The translations under genes were made by a program, and so were the position numbers. Below, one piece after another: positions 13,557 through 25,833 of a stretch of DNA of 64,000 nt (position 1 is the first letter of the stretch; each line of letters starts with the position of its first letter). Under the pieces are notes generated by a model, which had not been told where the DNA came from, did no database searches, and was given only the letters and a program-made list of their open reading frames with translations. This stretch comes from Ostreococcus lucimarinus. Its lineage: Eukaryota. The DNA lies in NCBI GenBank assembly GCA_000092065.1, contig CP000582.1. One strand, 5' to 3'.

Positions 13557-15334
13557 ATGCGATTGAATCCGTGCAGTTGCCAAGGAAGGCCGACTGGTGT
13601 ATCACATACTGGACGCTCAAGTGTACCACCTTCTGTGCGTCCACGAAATACGTCGTTCAATAGTTCATCACTCTTGAATTCAAGACAGTTAGCACGTGGT
13701 GAAGTGCGCTGCGCCTCATTGATACACAATCTCAGTCACGCTTTAAAGAGCGGAAAAATATCTGCAGTCGAGCTCACCAGCGCCTACCTTGATAGGGTGA
13801 GTAGCAATGTCATGACTCACCCACACACGGCTTGAACTGACTCTTTGGGGATAGATACGCTCAATAGATAACACTATTGGGAGTTTCGTACAGGTGGATT
13901 TTGCTGGTGCTATCGAACAGGTGAGAGTGTGCTCTGATACCATGTCCTTTGTTCAGAACTCAGTTTCTCGCACAGGCGAAACAAATTGATTCACGTATTG
14001 CGACCGGCCAAGATCTTCACATTCTTGCCGGTATTCCTCTCGCAATAAAAGACAATATTTGTCATCAGGATCTTTCCACGACAGCGGGCTCCAATCTCTT
14101 GAGAGCTCATCAGTCTTCGTATGATGCTGAAGTTGTCACAGTCCTGAAGGGTTGTGGCTCAGTGTTGATCGGAAAGACGAATATGGATGAGTTTGGTATG
14201 GGAAGTACGACTGAAACATCGGCCAACAAAGCAACTCATAACCCTTGGGATCTATCTCGAGTGCCTGGTGGTTCATCTGGGGGCTCTGCAGCGGCAGTGG
14301 CGGGGCAAATGTGTGCTGGTGCTTTGGGAAGTGACACTGGGGGTTCTATACGACAACCGGCAGCATTCTGCGGTGTTGTTGGCTTAAAGCCCACTTATGG
14401 CGCGATATCGAGGCATGGCCTCATAGCTTATTGCTCCACTTTTGACACCATTGGACCAATCGGCCCGACAGTGCAGGATGTGTCTTATATATTTGGTGCT
14501 CTTCAGAAGGACGGAAACATAAAGAAGATGCGTGACACAAGTTTACGGCATTCAAGCATTATCGAGACATCACTCCCACCGCAAGCTTCTCTTAGTTGCA
14601 GACCATACGAAGGTAGACGCTTTGCTGTAATAGCAGAGGCGATAGATGAAGGAGTCGCAGATGAAGTGAAATTTTCATTTTTTGACTCAGTTCGGCATAT
14701 AGAAAGTCTTGGAGGGGTGGTGGACCTCGTCTCGTGCAAAACGTTCCAAATGGGTCTACCTGCGTATTATGTCATGGCCGTTTCAGAGGCTAGCAGTAAT
14801 TTAGCTCGTTTTGATGGCGTTCGTGTGGGCAACCGTGAGGCATCATATGAGAGTGTTACTGACTCACTCGTCGGACATTTTAGACACAGTTATCTTGGTC
14901 CAGAAGTTCTTCGACGTATTCTCATGGGTACATATACACTATCTTCTGGTTACAGTGATGAATATTACGCTAGAGCAAAGTATGCTCAACGTCTTGTCCG
15001 TGATGAACTTATAAGCTACCTCAGCCAGTACGACGCTTTGCTGACCCCAGCTACGCCTGATGTTGCTTATACACGTGGGAGCAAAATCATGGATCCTTTG
15101 CAGATGTATACGGGAGATTTAATGACAGTCAACGTCAATCTTTCTGGCTTACCGGCTATCGTAGTGCGATCTGGAGTCCTCACTGTAGCAGAGGGTACAC
15201 ACCTCCCTATTGGTTTGCAGTTCATCGGTAAACATTTCGGTGAAGGTGAACTATTGCAGATAGCTCACATTTTCGAGATTTCACTAGATAGCGTCACCAA
15301 GTTTCCGGACGAAGAAATTTTCTCGTGGCTTTGA
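13557..15334 (+). CDS. gatA: Glutamyl-tRNA(Gln) amidotransferase subunit A (GatA), organellar. Exons 13557..13796 and about 13964..15334.
   Basis: Amidase signature GGSSGGSAAAVAGQMCAGALGSDTGGSIRQPAAFCGVVGLKPTYG. Exon 1 ends ...GKISAVELTSAYLDR with a GTGAGT donor. The N-terminal ~50 aa are Ser/Arg-rich, consistent with a presequence. The exact acceptor is ambiguous (13963 or 13975). Confidence 0.8.
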
Positions 15335-15765
15335 TTATCGACTGACCTAGTCGAGGAAGATCTCAGACACAGGATGTGGAGTGGCAGACTGGTCTTGCGC
15401 AGATATTGTGCAGATTAGTACTGCTTCCCTTGACTTGATGTGGAGAATTCTACAGCCGATCAAACAAGCCCAAAACCATAAGCTACGCGTTAGTCTAAAT
15501 CACGCGTTAGAACCCTGTATTCTTAGTTCTCTGTACTCACTCCCTTGATCTACACTGTCTAAAACTCCCGAGAATTCCCGTCAGTTGGAGGCATACCTTG
15601 ACGACTGGACACGGCATAAAGGGGTCATTGCGAATGCGAAGACAATATACACACGGTTAATATTGCATATAAGCGTGCTTATCTGGAAAGCCGCTGCAGG
15701 CGAGGAGTTGCTTACCGGTATTACAAGTCTTCGAGACCGTTCAAGCACAAAACGTATAAGTCAAC

Positions 15766-17559
15766 ATGACTTGTTACACGAAAATCAACGCGGCTGTCCC
15801 TATCAAAGGTAAGACGCGTACGCGTACGCGTTCTCGATTAATCGGTACATGGTCACATTGTTCCATGCATTCGTTGCACATTGGGCTGTGTATGGCTTGC
15901 AGTCGTGCTACCTGCCAGAAATCAGCCTTGCCGTCGTCCGATGCAAGTTTTACTAGGTTGAAGCTACTTTCTACGAGAAAAGAATACAACGCGCGACGAT
16001 CGATCACATGCAGCTCTTTAAATATCGACTTCGCAAACTCCCTTCTGCCCTTTAGTAGCCCTGATATGTTTCTCGGAGTGTTGGACTCAGCGTCTGTATA
16101 CGAAACAGTGCTTCTGACGGTAGAGTTCAAAACGCTTGCGCTTGGATTCGTTGCTGGCATCATGACCACAAGTTTCATCGTTTATCTCACTCAGCGGGGT
16201 AGGCGCCGAAAATCTAAAACCCTCACTCGGCAAGCTTTAGCAGAGTTGAGTGCCCTTGAAGAGCTGGAAACCCTGGACCTCCTTGGCGACATCCCGGCGT
16301 GGTTGACTTTTAGCGATGTTGAGAGATCAGGTTGGCTCAATAAAGTTGTTAAAGCCGCTTGGCCTTATTTGGATGCGGCCACTTCATCAGTCATCGTGAA
16401 GGCCTTAGATCCAATATTGCGAAATACACGGCCAAGTTTCTTGACATCGTTACAGTTTGAGAGATTCAGTTTTGGTAGTGTTCCAGCTATCATTGAAGGT
16501 GTCAAGGTATATGAATCGAGTGAAGAAGGTGCTTTGGAAATCGATTTAAAAGTGTTTTGGGCAGGAGATCCTGACGTTGTTCTGAAAATACGAGCAGCAC
16601 AAGATGCGTTAGCAGTTCCAGTTTCTTTAACGGAATTTGAGTGCACGTTCACTCTTCGACTGATTTTTGCACCACTCATTGGAATCTTCCCATGCTTCGG
16701 GGCGCTCACAATTTCATTGACTGAAAATCCGGATGTAAATTTCGATCTTCGCGTTGTAGGAGGAGACATAACGCTTCTGCCTGGTCTTGCGCAGCCACTT
16801 CAAACATACATCCAGGCCTTAATTGCATCTTTTCTCGTCTGGCCTCGTTGCATCACTGTGCCGATTCCAGGTACGGGTTACTCACTTCCAGATATGGAAC
16901 GCGCAAACGCCGGTCTACTTCATGTTGAAGTACATTCTCACGATGAAACATTGGCTTCAGAAGCTGAAATTGCTATCCAACTCCGTTGGCCCGGTGCATT
17001 GAGCACAGATATGTCTCAAGAAGTGCGCGTACACGCTTTGCCCGGTGGCAGGTTTTTGAACTCTCGAGAAATCACACTTCCCGTGGAGGACATGACTAGA
17101 CAGATATTGAGTGTGCGTTGGTATTCAAGCCCTAAAGACCAAGGCGAGGCGAGGCAATTGACAGGTGAAACTAGTCTATTATTGGATGACATAGTTAGTC
17201 AGATCGATTTTGAGTCTTCGGGAGAGTTAAAAGACTGGGGTCCCGTCACCATAGCTGTAGAACTTGAATCCACAAATAGTGAAAATGCGAGCAGAGATGC
17301 CGTAAAACGAAAAAGTTCGATGTACGGCAGGATGATCAAGGTAGGTTCTGACCTTTTATCGCGGGGCAAGCGTTTTTCGAAAAAATCTACTACGAAGGTG
17401 TCTAGAGGACCCGAAGATAACAATGTGGATAGATGGTTACATGTCCGAGCGCGTATAGTTCAACTGACTGTTAGATACCAGTCCATTGATTCTATGCGTG
17501 CACCTCTCTCATCTTCACAGGGTTTCCGCTTGCGTGAAAACGAACAGAACGAGGATTGA
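15766..17559 (+). CDS. SMP-domain lipid-transfer protein (extended-synaptotagmin/tricalbin-like) with an N-terminal TM helix.
   Basis: TM segment TLALGFVAGIMTTSFIVYL, then WLNKVVKAAWPYLDAATSSVIVKALDPILRNTRPSFLTSLQFERFSFGSVPAIIEGVKVY, the canonical start of an SMP domain. The true start Met is uncertain. Confidence 0.6.
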   Translation: MTCYTKINAAVPIKGKTRTRTRSRLIGTWSHCSMHSLHIGLCMACSRATCQKSALPSSDASFTRLKLLSTRKEYNARRSITCSSLNIDFANSLLPFSSPDMFLGVLDSASVYETVLLTVEFKTLALGFVAGIMTTSFIVYLTQRGRRRKSKTLTRQALAELSALEELETLDLLGDIPAWLTFSDVERSGWLNKVVKAAWPYLDAATSSVIVKALDPILRNTRPSFLTSLQFERFSFGSVPAIIEGVKVYESSEEGALEIDLKVFWAGDPDVVLKIRAAQDALAVPVSLTEFECTFTLRLIFAPLIGIFPCFGALTISLTENPDVNFDLRVVGGDITLLPGLAQPLQTYIQALIASFLVWPRCITVPIPGTGYSLPDMERANAGLLHVEVHSHDETLASEAEIAIQLRWPGALSTDMSQEVRVHALPGGRFLNSREITLPVEDMTRQILSVRWYSSPKDQGEARQLTGETSLLLDDIVSQIDFESSGELKDWGPVTIAVELESTNSENASRDAVKRKSSMYGRMIKVGSDLLSRGKRFSKKSTTKVSRGPEDNNVDRWLHVRARIVQLTVRYQSIDSMRAPLSSSQGFRLRENEQNED

Positions 17560-17932
17560 AGTAAAACCCTTCACACTATCGAATGTCAATACCTTCTAAA
17601 CAAGAGTCTCGATGACCGATGATTGATGTGAATAGAATTACATTTGCGAATGCCAATCGACTAATCGACTACTGGGATCAGAAGACTTGAGTATATTTTC
17701 AAAATTGCGTAAAGTCTGGTTGACTTGTTTTCATCTCTGCATATCAGTATGGCCACATCCCTTCATTCGAATGAAAGAGTTGTTCCGAAATGAAAGTGCT
17801 GCATGACTTGAAATTTATCCAAGCACTCAACCTGTGCATCATGAATTAAAAGAAGTGTCTGATGTTCACCCCTGACGTACGTACACAATACATTTTTAGT
17901 AGCCCCTCAGTGACTTTCGTCCACGACCGCAC

Positions 17933-19079
17933 GTCACTTAGACTCGCGAGGAATGGCGATACACGCTGCAAAGGACCTGCTTTCAACTACGATAATTTGA
18001 ATGTGCATGACTCTAGCCTCCCAAAATAGCAACCCACCATCCTCACATGTGCGCAACTGTCCAAAAATAGTCCACCCTGTGAAAAAGCCTCGTGCTCAAG
18101 AATAATTCTTGGCGTAGAATTTCCACATCGTAGCTCGGCTGCTCCCCTACGAGCTAGCTCAATGACAGTACATTTCTCCGGCATAAATATTACCATAAAA
18201 AAGGCAGAAAACAGTAGTCATCAAGACCCCACGCACCGTGTGAACCTGCTGGTTCAAGCCTATTCGTCCGTAGTCAGCACCTGTGGCATCTTGTGTTAAA
18301 CGTTCATACCGAAAATGTTGTTGAATTGTACGAGTGACTGCGATATAATGCTTGAAGATACTATGGATGACGTTCGTTCTTTGATCGATGGTGAAAATTT
18401 TATGAGCTTCGAGACAGCACAGAAAAGCGACAAAATTGAGCTCATGTCCTGTTCCGTAGTCTAAACGTGCCCCATCACCAAAACTAGGCATATTAATTCA
18501 ATCTGTTACTTCCAAGTTCTGATATTTCCATGTCGTACCTATTTTGTAGATATATCTTGAGGTCACTCTTGATGTAAATATCCTGGCCAGCGTTGTGAAA
18601 AATTAAAGAGAGAATACAAAGGACTCTGGCGAAGCTTTCGTTACCTTTCGTTCATCAGATACTATATCGTCAACGAAATCTATCAATCAAAACGATTCGG
18701 ACAGTCGAATTATCTAAAATGTGCAAAATTTTACCTGCGCTGCGGCGTTGAACTTCCTCCAACCACCTACGGAAACTTGGATCGCCAAAACGCACACTAG
18801 TAGCCGTTTGCTCGAATTTTGTGACGCTTTCTTCAAGATCACGGAAGAATTCTTTCGATCTCTCAATCCTCTCATCCTGTCGCTTCTTATACTCATCAGT
18901 GTTCGTCGGTTTCGCCAAGGAATCGCTAACTCCCTGCTGAAACTCTTACGACTCAAACTGTTGCACGCATCTGTATTCACCTGTATGAAGTCGATCAACA
19001 AACCACGTGCACGTGAAACTTTGAATTGTGACATGTCTGTCATATTTCGTATACGTTTGCTTGGTGTGCGTTCCACCAT
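17933..19079 (-). CDS. Phosphotyrosyl phosphatase activator (PTPA, PP2A activator), multi-exon.
   Basis: RLDYGTGHELNFVAFLCCL (PTPA core), AGSHGAWGLDDYCFLPFF in an adjacent frame segment, and the upstream exon RFGDPSFRRWLEEV. Frame changes between segments imply several short introns. Boundaries are approximate. Confidence 0.5.
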
Positions 19080-19330
19080 CGCTCGTTCATCGAGGTACGT
19101 TCTGTGGTGAACTCGTTTGTCTTAGAGGAGCAAACGGGGACAAGGAAAACCTTGCAGTACGAGATACCTTCTTGGCATCAATTATTCGACTATCGTAAAG
19201 TGGGTATATACTAGTACATTTAGTTGATTTGGTGTCATCCAAGCATTACAAAGTCAGGCCTAAGGTTGAGAATAGCTTTTGCGCAAAGGCAGCGAGAGGT
19301 TGAGCCCACTTCACTTTCGAAGAGGCTTCT

Positions 19331-22112
19331 TCACGTAAATTTCCCTCCACCTCTCGTGGCAAACTCACGTGACGTCTTCTTGCGCGAAAAATTACCGTAT
19401 GAATCACGCTGCTTTCCCTTCAAACCGCGGTCAGGCACTTCAAAGGTGAAAAAACGGCTGCGTTCACTTCTGGACCGTCGCGACTGATACTCGTCAGCGT
19501 CAGCTGAGTTCTTCACCTGCCGTCGAGATCGAGCAATTGGTTCATCATCCTCCTGGTAACTGATATTCTTCGAACCGATATGGCGATCCAATGCCCGTTC
19601 ACTTGCGTCCAGCAAGACGAGGACTTTCTCAGAAAAAGTGTTTGCAGCGACTTGCAGTCGTGAGTGAGCCACTTGACTTAAAGATACACTTTGTGCAACA
19701 TCATAGAAGACTGCTGGAACCTCTTCATTAGCTATCATCGAGTTCACAATGGAACGCACTTTCTCTTCACTCATTGAGACCATTTCGGCAAGAATACTGA
19801 CGCTTGCAGACGTGTACTGTTCCGCAAACTGATGCAAATAAAGTCGGATAGCTTCTATTTTGAGCTGTTCATCTATGAGGCGAACTATCCTTTCCTTTGA
19901 TTCGGGCAAAGAATTCCATACTGATAAATTGAGAACAAGCTGCGATGCCACGTGATAGTTTCCAGTGAGTAACATTTGGGTTGCTACCATAATAGTATCA
20001 CGTGCTCCATCTGGTGGACCTGTAAAAAGTTGCCTACGATGATTCTCGATGACTCGCATGAAATTACGTGGAAAAGGTCTCGTCTTTCTCGTGCAGAACA
20101 AGTCTGAAACCTCTAACAGCATTGAACATGTGAGAAATATACTTTCGATGAGATCAATATTGATGTGCAGATGATGAGGTATCTGACGCCGTCTTTCAAG
20201 CTTTTCTTGTTCCGCAGAACGCTCAAACCGAGCTTGTGTTGAGCCTTGTGCAAGTAGCTCCTTTGCTCGCCCGCTTGCGCACAATTCGGACAAGTAAGTG
20301 AATGCTTCGACGAAATTGCCACGCTCAAAGGCACATATTCCTAGTTGTGCAACTGTTCTATTGAAAAGGATTTGCGTGCTAATGTCCATGTATTGAATAA
20401 CTTCTTGCAAATGTGACATAAGAAGCAAGTCTTTCGCTGTTTTGAAATCTCCACGAAGTGCCTCACTGAAAATTTGACAAAGGAGCGCACGGGCTTTGGC
20501 CCGCTCATCACCATGCTTGTAAATGTAAGTAGCCAACATCTCAATCGTTGTGAAGAGTCCTTCAGCAGGGAATTCAAAAGAAGTGGCAAACATTTCAACT
20601 TCGGAGTTTTGATGACTAGGTTCGACGGTGTCATTGTTCGCCGAACAATGAATTTTCGAAGTGGTGTATTTCCTGAGTGCTTCGTGTGAATGACAGCGTT
20701 TACAGTACAACTTCTCCAAAAGCCGCAGAGACAAACTCGCGACGTGCTTCGTGTTCTTGTTTCTATAGAATTCAGTAATTTGCGAAAGAAGAATGAGTAA
20801 CATCCCCTCGTCTTGCAGTCTATTGACGTAATCCTTTGTATGTGCATCAATGCATTGTAGCGACTTGGTGTATTCGTCGTCCAAGCGCTCAGTGAAAGCA
20901 CAAAGAGATCCACGAAGTTGAATGTTTGCTCCTGCAATGATCTCGTCATTTGATGGGCGTATAGCTATCTCTTCTTCATCCACTAGTGAGATGTGGCTAT
21001 TCGATTTCAATAACTGTAAAATGCTGAGTACATTGCTTAAACAACTGCGCCACACAGGGACCGGCATAAATGTCGACATGCTACCAGTCAGGTCGAATTG
21101 TGCACTGATAATATGCAAAAGTACCTCAACCTCTTGCGCAGGGCACTTTGATAGGGTTGAAATATACCTCAACTGCTCGACTACACGTGTCCTGTCGACG
21201 CCTTTCTTTCCTCGAGACATGGCGATATCTTTGAGCTTCGAATCGATCATTTCAAACGTGACGTCCTCTTTGGGAATATTCATGATATCTTGCATAGATT
21301 TCTCAGCTGGATCTAATGGAATTTTCTCTTTTGTGTCGTCGATTGTTTCTGATGTGGTGTCACTGTCTGAGGCTTCGCCTGTCTTCAGGAAAAGCTCCGC
21401 GGCAGCAACGTCGGCAGGTTCGATCGCACGAATGTGCTTCTTAACTCTTTGATTCAGTGAATTGAACGCCTTTGCCTGCGAAGTAGACATTTGCTTCTTG
21501 AACTCCGGTTCTTGTGAACATATATCCAGCTCAGCAGCCAAAGATACTAACGTTCGAGCGAAGAGTTTCAAACTGCTACCTGTCCGCGTAGAAGACTGCG
21601 TGCTCTTCAAAAACTGCTTGTGGAACCCGTCCAGGAGACCGAGGAGAGATGGCCAATCCCTTGCCGTTGTTGCACGCCGGATCCCCAGCGTGCACTGCTT
21701 CAGCGTCTCATATTGTTTTTCCTGAGTGCAACGTTGAGAAAATTTTACTCGTTCAGTTCAACGACGTACCTTTGTACTGCGTATGATACGCCTTTCATCC
21801 TCTGAGCTATCTGAACTGTCATCTTGCAAGTATCTGCGAACGAAAGACAACTGGTGAGTATTCACAGGAGCCTAGGGTTTGTTCGCCAGGTTCGAGATCG
21901 AGAAAGGCCGCGCTCGAGACGCCGCACGAGATGACGAAGGCGTACTTAGATGGGCCATGATCTGAATCAGAACTGGAGCTGTACGACGACGACGACGACG
22001 ACGTCGACGTCGAATCGTCGGAAGAGTAATCCGTGCTCTCTTCGCTACTGCCATCGCTTCCTCCCCAGAATTTGCTCGCCTGTACAGGAAAAGACGGCGC
22101 GTTAATATACAT
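19331..22112 (-). CDS. Translation initiation factor eIF3 subunit c (NIP1), 3 exons at 21946..22112, 21770..21833 and 19331..21721 (about 873 aa).
   Basis: Exon 1 is an acidic Ser/Asp-rich N-terminus (SKFWGGSDGSSEES...). Exon 2 reads YLQDDSSDSSEDERRIIRSTK. Exon 3 contains IPHHLHINIDLIESIFLTCSMLLEV...QLFTGPPDGARDTIMVATQML, the eIF3c PCI-core signature. GTACGC and GTACGT donors with consistent phase. Confidence 0.8.
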
Positions 22113-22708
22113 GCACGGTACTTTGTGAGAAGATTACTTGTGGCCCGCATCATCGCGACAAGTTGCAGGGTCACGGATCAAACCCGTCGCCCGTGCCGAG
22201 ATCGTTTCGAGCAACGACACTAGCGCGTACCATGCTTTTCGGCGCCGCAGCCCAAGAGCTTGACTTGATAACCCACGCCACTCCACGGTGTGCAGACCTG
22301 TTATTTTAATGAACCAAATACGCCAGTATTTGACTCCGACGTCTGCAGCAAGAGAGCAGCTCGGACTTCGTTCGACCGCCCGGAACCCCGGAGTGTGCTG
22401 AATAGTGCGGAATTTATCTCAAGAAATAGATTTACAACGTACTTGTATAGCAAAAAGAGATTCAAAATATTGCATCATGTAATATTACATGCTTTTGCTA
22501 CGAGAAAGGGCGCCGCCAAGATGTGGGCAGGTGGTGTGGTTTGCCGAACCGCACAAATACGCGGAAATTACAAAACAAAGGTACGTACGCCGCTCAGAGC
22601 ATACCGATAGATCGCATGCTAGATTCGTTCAGCGTGTCCGCTGATCACACTCTGCATCTCTTCACACCTTACTGAGTGACCGCGGCTGATCTTCGCTCCA
22701 GGTTTTCG

Positions 22709-23318
22709 ATGGACGTTGACCGCCTGCAGAGACTTGCCAGTGCTGTCCGCACGGGTGGCAAGGGATCTATGCGACGGTAATTCATGATGGATCACTCTGA
22801 CGCCTCCATCTCACCCAAACACTTTTCAGTAAGAAAAAAGCCGCACATAAAGCTGTCTCGGCTGATGACACCAAGTTACAAAACTGCCTCAAACGCATGC
22901 AGGTCAACACGATCCCGGGTATCCAAGAAGTAAACATCTTTCAAGGCGAAAACGTGATTCAATTCGCCAACCCTAAATGTACGAACTGTTCCAGTATGAT
23001 AGCGTTACGATCTGACGAGTATGCGCAGTGCAAGCTTCCCCTCCAGCTAATACTTATGTGGTGACGGGCCCGTCTTCTACTAGAGGTGAGCGGATCATAC
23101 TTTTCTCAAGAGTTCATACTAAATCCAAGTCTTAGCTCTCCAAGATATACTCCCCGGTGTCTTTAGCCAGCTCGGTAAGTCGGTCGCATAGATCCATCCA
23201 GCAGCCTTGATAAACCACGCGTTAGGTCCTGAAAACATTGCGAACTTGAAGAAAGTGGCTGAACAATACTCTCAGGAAAGTGGCTAAACTTCGTTCTTCG
23301 TTTATAGACTTCTTGTGA
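22709..23318 (+). CDS. NAC beta subunit / BTF3, 6 short exons at 22709..22776, 22830..22978, 23029..23085, 23136..23174, 23192..23225 and 23276..23318.
   Basis: MDVDRLQRLASAVRTGGKGSMRRKKKAAHKAVSADDTKLQNCLKRMQVNTIPGIQEVNIFQGENVIQFANPK matches the BTF3 NAC domain. The last two exons are low-confidence. Confidence 0.6.
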
Positions 23319-23428
23319 GTTACAAATAACTGACGATCGCTAAATTCCACCCTCCTATCGCTCGGTCAGAGCTTCTAGTATTCAGAACATGCATGCAGTG
23401 GATATTGTATCCACGATGCGTGACAAAG

Positions 23429-24290
23429 CTAATTTGTCTTGTACAGTTCGTTCACGTTGACTTCCAACTTTGTTTCCTTCTCGACAAACCAATAGCTATC
23501 ATCGTGGCACTTTTTTTCCGGGTGCGGCTCATGCATCGCTCTGTTTCCCAACATCTCAGGTATGGGTGGATTTTCGTATTCTCCGCAACGTACACGCTCT
23601 GACGAGCTAGATTTATTTGTTTCAGAAGAAAGAACAAAAACTTGCATCCCGTCACTGTACTCGTCGTCTGTGGCGAGGAGTAGTCTGTAATGTGGAATTA
23701 GGTTTTCACTGCCAAATGGGCTAGGGACTTGCAATGTCGTTCCAGTGGGCGCACTTGTTGCGATCAGCATCGCACGCGATAAAGCAGCACATTCAAGCAT
23801 TTCACTTTCAGGGATAAAGATTCCAGCCTAGACGAATCGTAAGATATGCATAGGGCTCTGCAGTCATACAAACCTCGTGTTGAGTATCAGCAAAAATGGA
23901 GCGGATGATTTCTTTCATCTGGTCCAGCTTGTCATCAACCACTGTGTTGGATGCAACATTCGCCTGAAATCAATCGTCAACATGCTTCAGTCAGGTGTAC
24001 GATATATTTACCTGGTGCTCATATTCTGCCAAGCTAGGCTGGGAGTGCACGTGTCGTAAAACTACTTTATTCTTCGAAACTTTGGTAACCAAGCCGATTC
24101 CCTCTAGTACGTTCGTTATATCGTATATTCTCCGCTTCTGCACTAGCAGCGCGACGGCAGCCTCGTTTAGATCGAGAGTTCCTTTCGGCGACTCGCGCAG
24201 CAGGGTCATGAATCTCGTCGTCAACAAACCGAGGGAGCTATGTAAGACCTTGATATAAATGGGGGATGCGTACGATGAAAGTGTCCTCAC
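23429..24290 (-). CDS. E2F-family transcription factor, partial model. DNA-binding exon at 23991..24290 and dimerisation/marked-box exon at 23429..23800.
   Basis: [50 protein letters not shown] is the E2F winged-helix DNA-binding signature. Confidence 0.65.
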
Positions 24291-24619
24291 CTATCAAATC
24301 GACTTGCACCTGGTTTTGGTAGCATCGATCCGTGTACACGAATATAACCGTAGGAAGGCGATAATTCAGCGCATATTTGCTTAGAGTGTTAACGCATTCG
24401 GCGCGATCGACTGAATATTACCGTAAAACGGTACACGTACTTGAATATGATTCTGCGAATCCTGAATTTGTTCGCTCGTACGCAAGTCGTCTACGATAGC
24501 TCACAGTGATGAGCGTCGCTGTTCGTTCCGCCGTGCAGCTGCAACCCGAACAGCAACGATTCCCCGGCCGGATACAGCTCAACCGCTCTCGATTTGCCAA
24601 CCAAGACTATTTCTGAGAG

Positions 24620-25515
24620 GGAAAAATTTATATATCGCACCTTTAGAGAGTACCTACACACATGACGAGTCATGAACCGTGGATATATACGTATTTTACA
24701 CCGTTTAGTTCTAAAAGTTTGATTCTACAACATCTACGAGAGGTAGTTCCTAATGCTAATTTGCTCGCCTTTGCTTGCCTTGCGTTTGTGTTCATCGACC
24801 ATCTTCTCGTGCCAGCCCCTCTTCCTGCTCAACGCCGTATCACCCGCCGCGCCTCTCATAGGAATCGCAACCAGGTTCGACATACCGAGCACACCATCGC
24901 CGTCCATTTTGCTATTCTTGGACATGTTTTGAGACATCTCTCTGTGTGTCTTCAAGTTGTGCATGAAACGTTGAAGTTTGTTGAGCGTGTCTGTGATGTG
25001 TGCGGCTTCATCAGGCTCGAACGTGAATTCTGGATCGAGTGCGAGTTGTGTCAACTCGGCGGTCATTTGTGCCCAGCGTAACTTTACACTCACGTTGTCG
25101 AAAGCTGCTCCAAGGCTTCTCCGATGAGTTGGTAGAGAGGCTTCAACATTATCTGGAATCGCTGGAGTCACGTGTCTCCTGGAATCGCTGGAGTCACGTG
25201 TCTCCTGGAGCCCGGACGATACGTGAAGAGCATCACCGAACGGATCGTCGAAGGGATCATCGTCGCACTCGTCTTCCATCCGACCATCGCCCGCACGCGC
25301 GACGACAACTGGCGCGACAGGCGTGGAAAAGACACGAGGCGAACGTGTTTTTCACCAAGGTAGGAATACTCTATTGTAGATGGCACTAAACGGTGTAAAA
25401 TACGTATATATCCACGGTTCATGACTCGTCATGTGTGTAGGTACTCTCTAAAGGTGCGATATATAAATTTTTCCTTCTGAGGTACTCTCTAAAGGTGCGA
25501 TATATAAATTTTTCC
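24620..25515. mobile_element. Mutator-like (MULE-type) non-autonomous DNA transposon of about 0.9 kb. It has ~88-bp terminal inverted repeats and a 9-bp target-site duplication TTCTGAGAG (24611..24619 and 25516..25524).
   Basis: The left end GGAAAAATTTATATATCGCACCTTTAGAGAGTACCTACACACATGACGAGTCATGAACCGTGGATATATACGTATTTTACACCGTTTAGT is exactly reverse-complemented at 25383..25515. Flanking 9-bp direct repeats are present. Internally there is a 26-bp tandem duplication (25155..25206) and a 41-bp tandem duplication of the right terminus (25441..25522). Confidence 0.65.
24734..25279 (-). CDS. Hypothetical ORF carried inside the MULE-like element.
   Basis: 181-aa ORF lying wholly between the TIRs, acidic at the N-terminus, with no motif I recognise. 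It may be a captured fragment rather than a functional gene. Confidence 0.2.
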   Translation of the reverse strand: MEDECDDDPFDDPFGDALHVSSGLQETRDSSDSRRHVTPAIPDNVEASLPTHRRSLGAAFDNVSVKLRWAQMTAELTQLALDPEFTFEPDEAAHITDTLNKLQRFMHNLKTHREMSQNMSKNSKMDGDGVLGMSNLVAIPMRGAAGDTALSRKRGWHEKMVDEHKRKASKGEQISIRNYLS

Positions 25516-25833
25516 TTCTGAGAGCAGTCCATGTCGTCGTAAAATTAACAAAATGATTTAATATGTACCCCTAGTATCGTTAAATACTGTAGTATTTGGA
25601 AGTATTTGGATAAAGCCGTTGGAATTAAAACCAAGAATGCTGGAAGAGTCTGCCCTATCTGCCTATCGTTCCGTAAGTGCGCGAAGAGACTGACGCGCAC
25701 TGGAACCGTCGATACAGTTATATCGGTTCAACGACGGTTCAACGACGGCCGCACGTGTATTTCATTTGTGAACACCGGTGCACCATAATACTTCGCGAAC
25801 GAGTATAACAAGAAAAGCCCAAAGCCCGAAGGT

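Noticed and set aside
15774-16178. 134-aa minus-strand ORF overlapping the 5' end of the SMP-domain gene.
   Set aside because: Antisense overlap with no motif.
20341-20949. 202-aa minus-frame ORF and several plus-strand ORFs inside eIF3c.
   Set aside because: They overlap the eIF3c reading frame, which has diagnostic PCI-core motifs. These are alternate frames only.
25441-25522. 41-bp direct repeat x2 (and 26-bp x2 at 25155..25206), considered as a possible CRISPR-like or minisatellite array.
   Set aside because: Only two units, no spacers. The units are the transposon terminus itself, so it is a slippage duplication within the MULE-like element in a eukaryotic genome.
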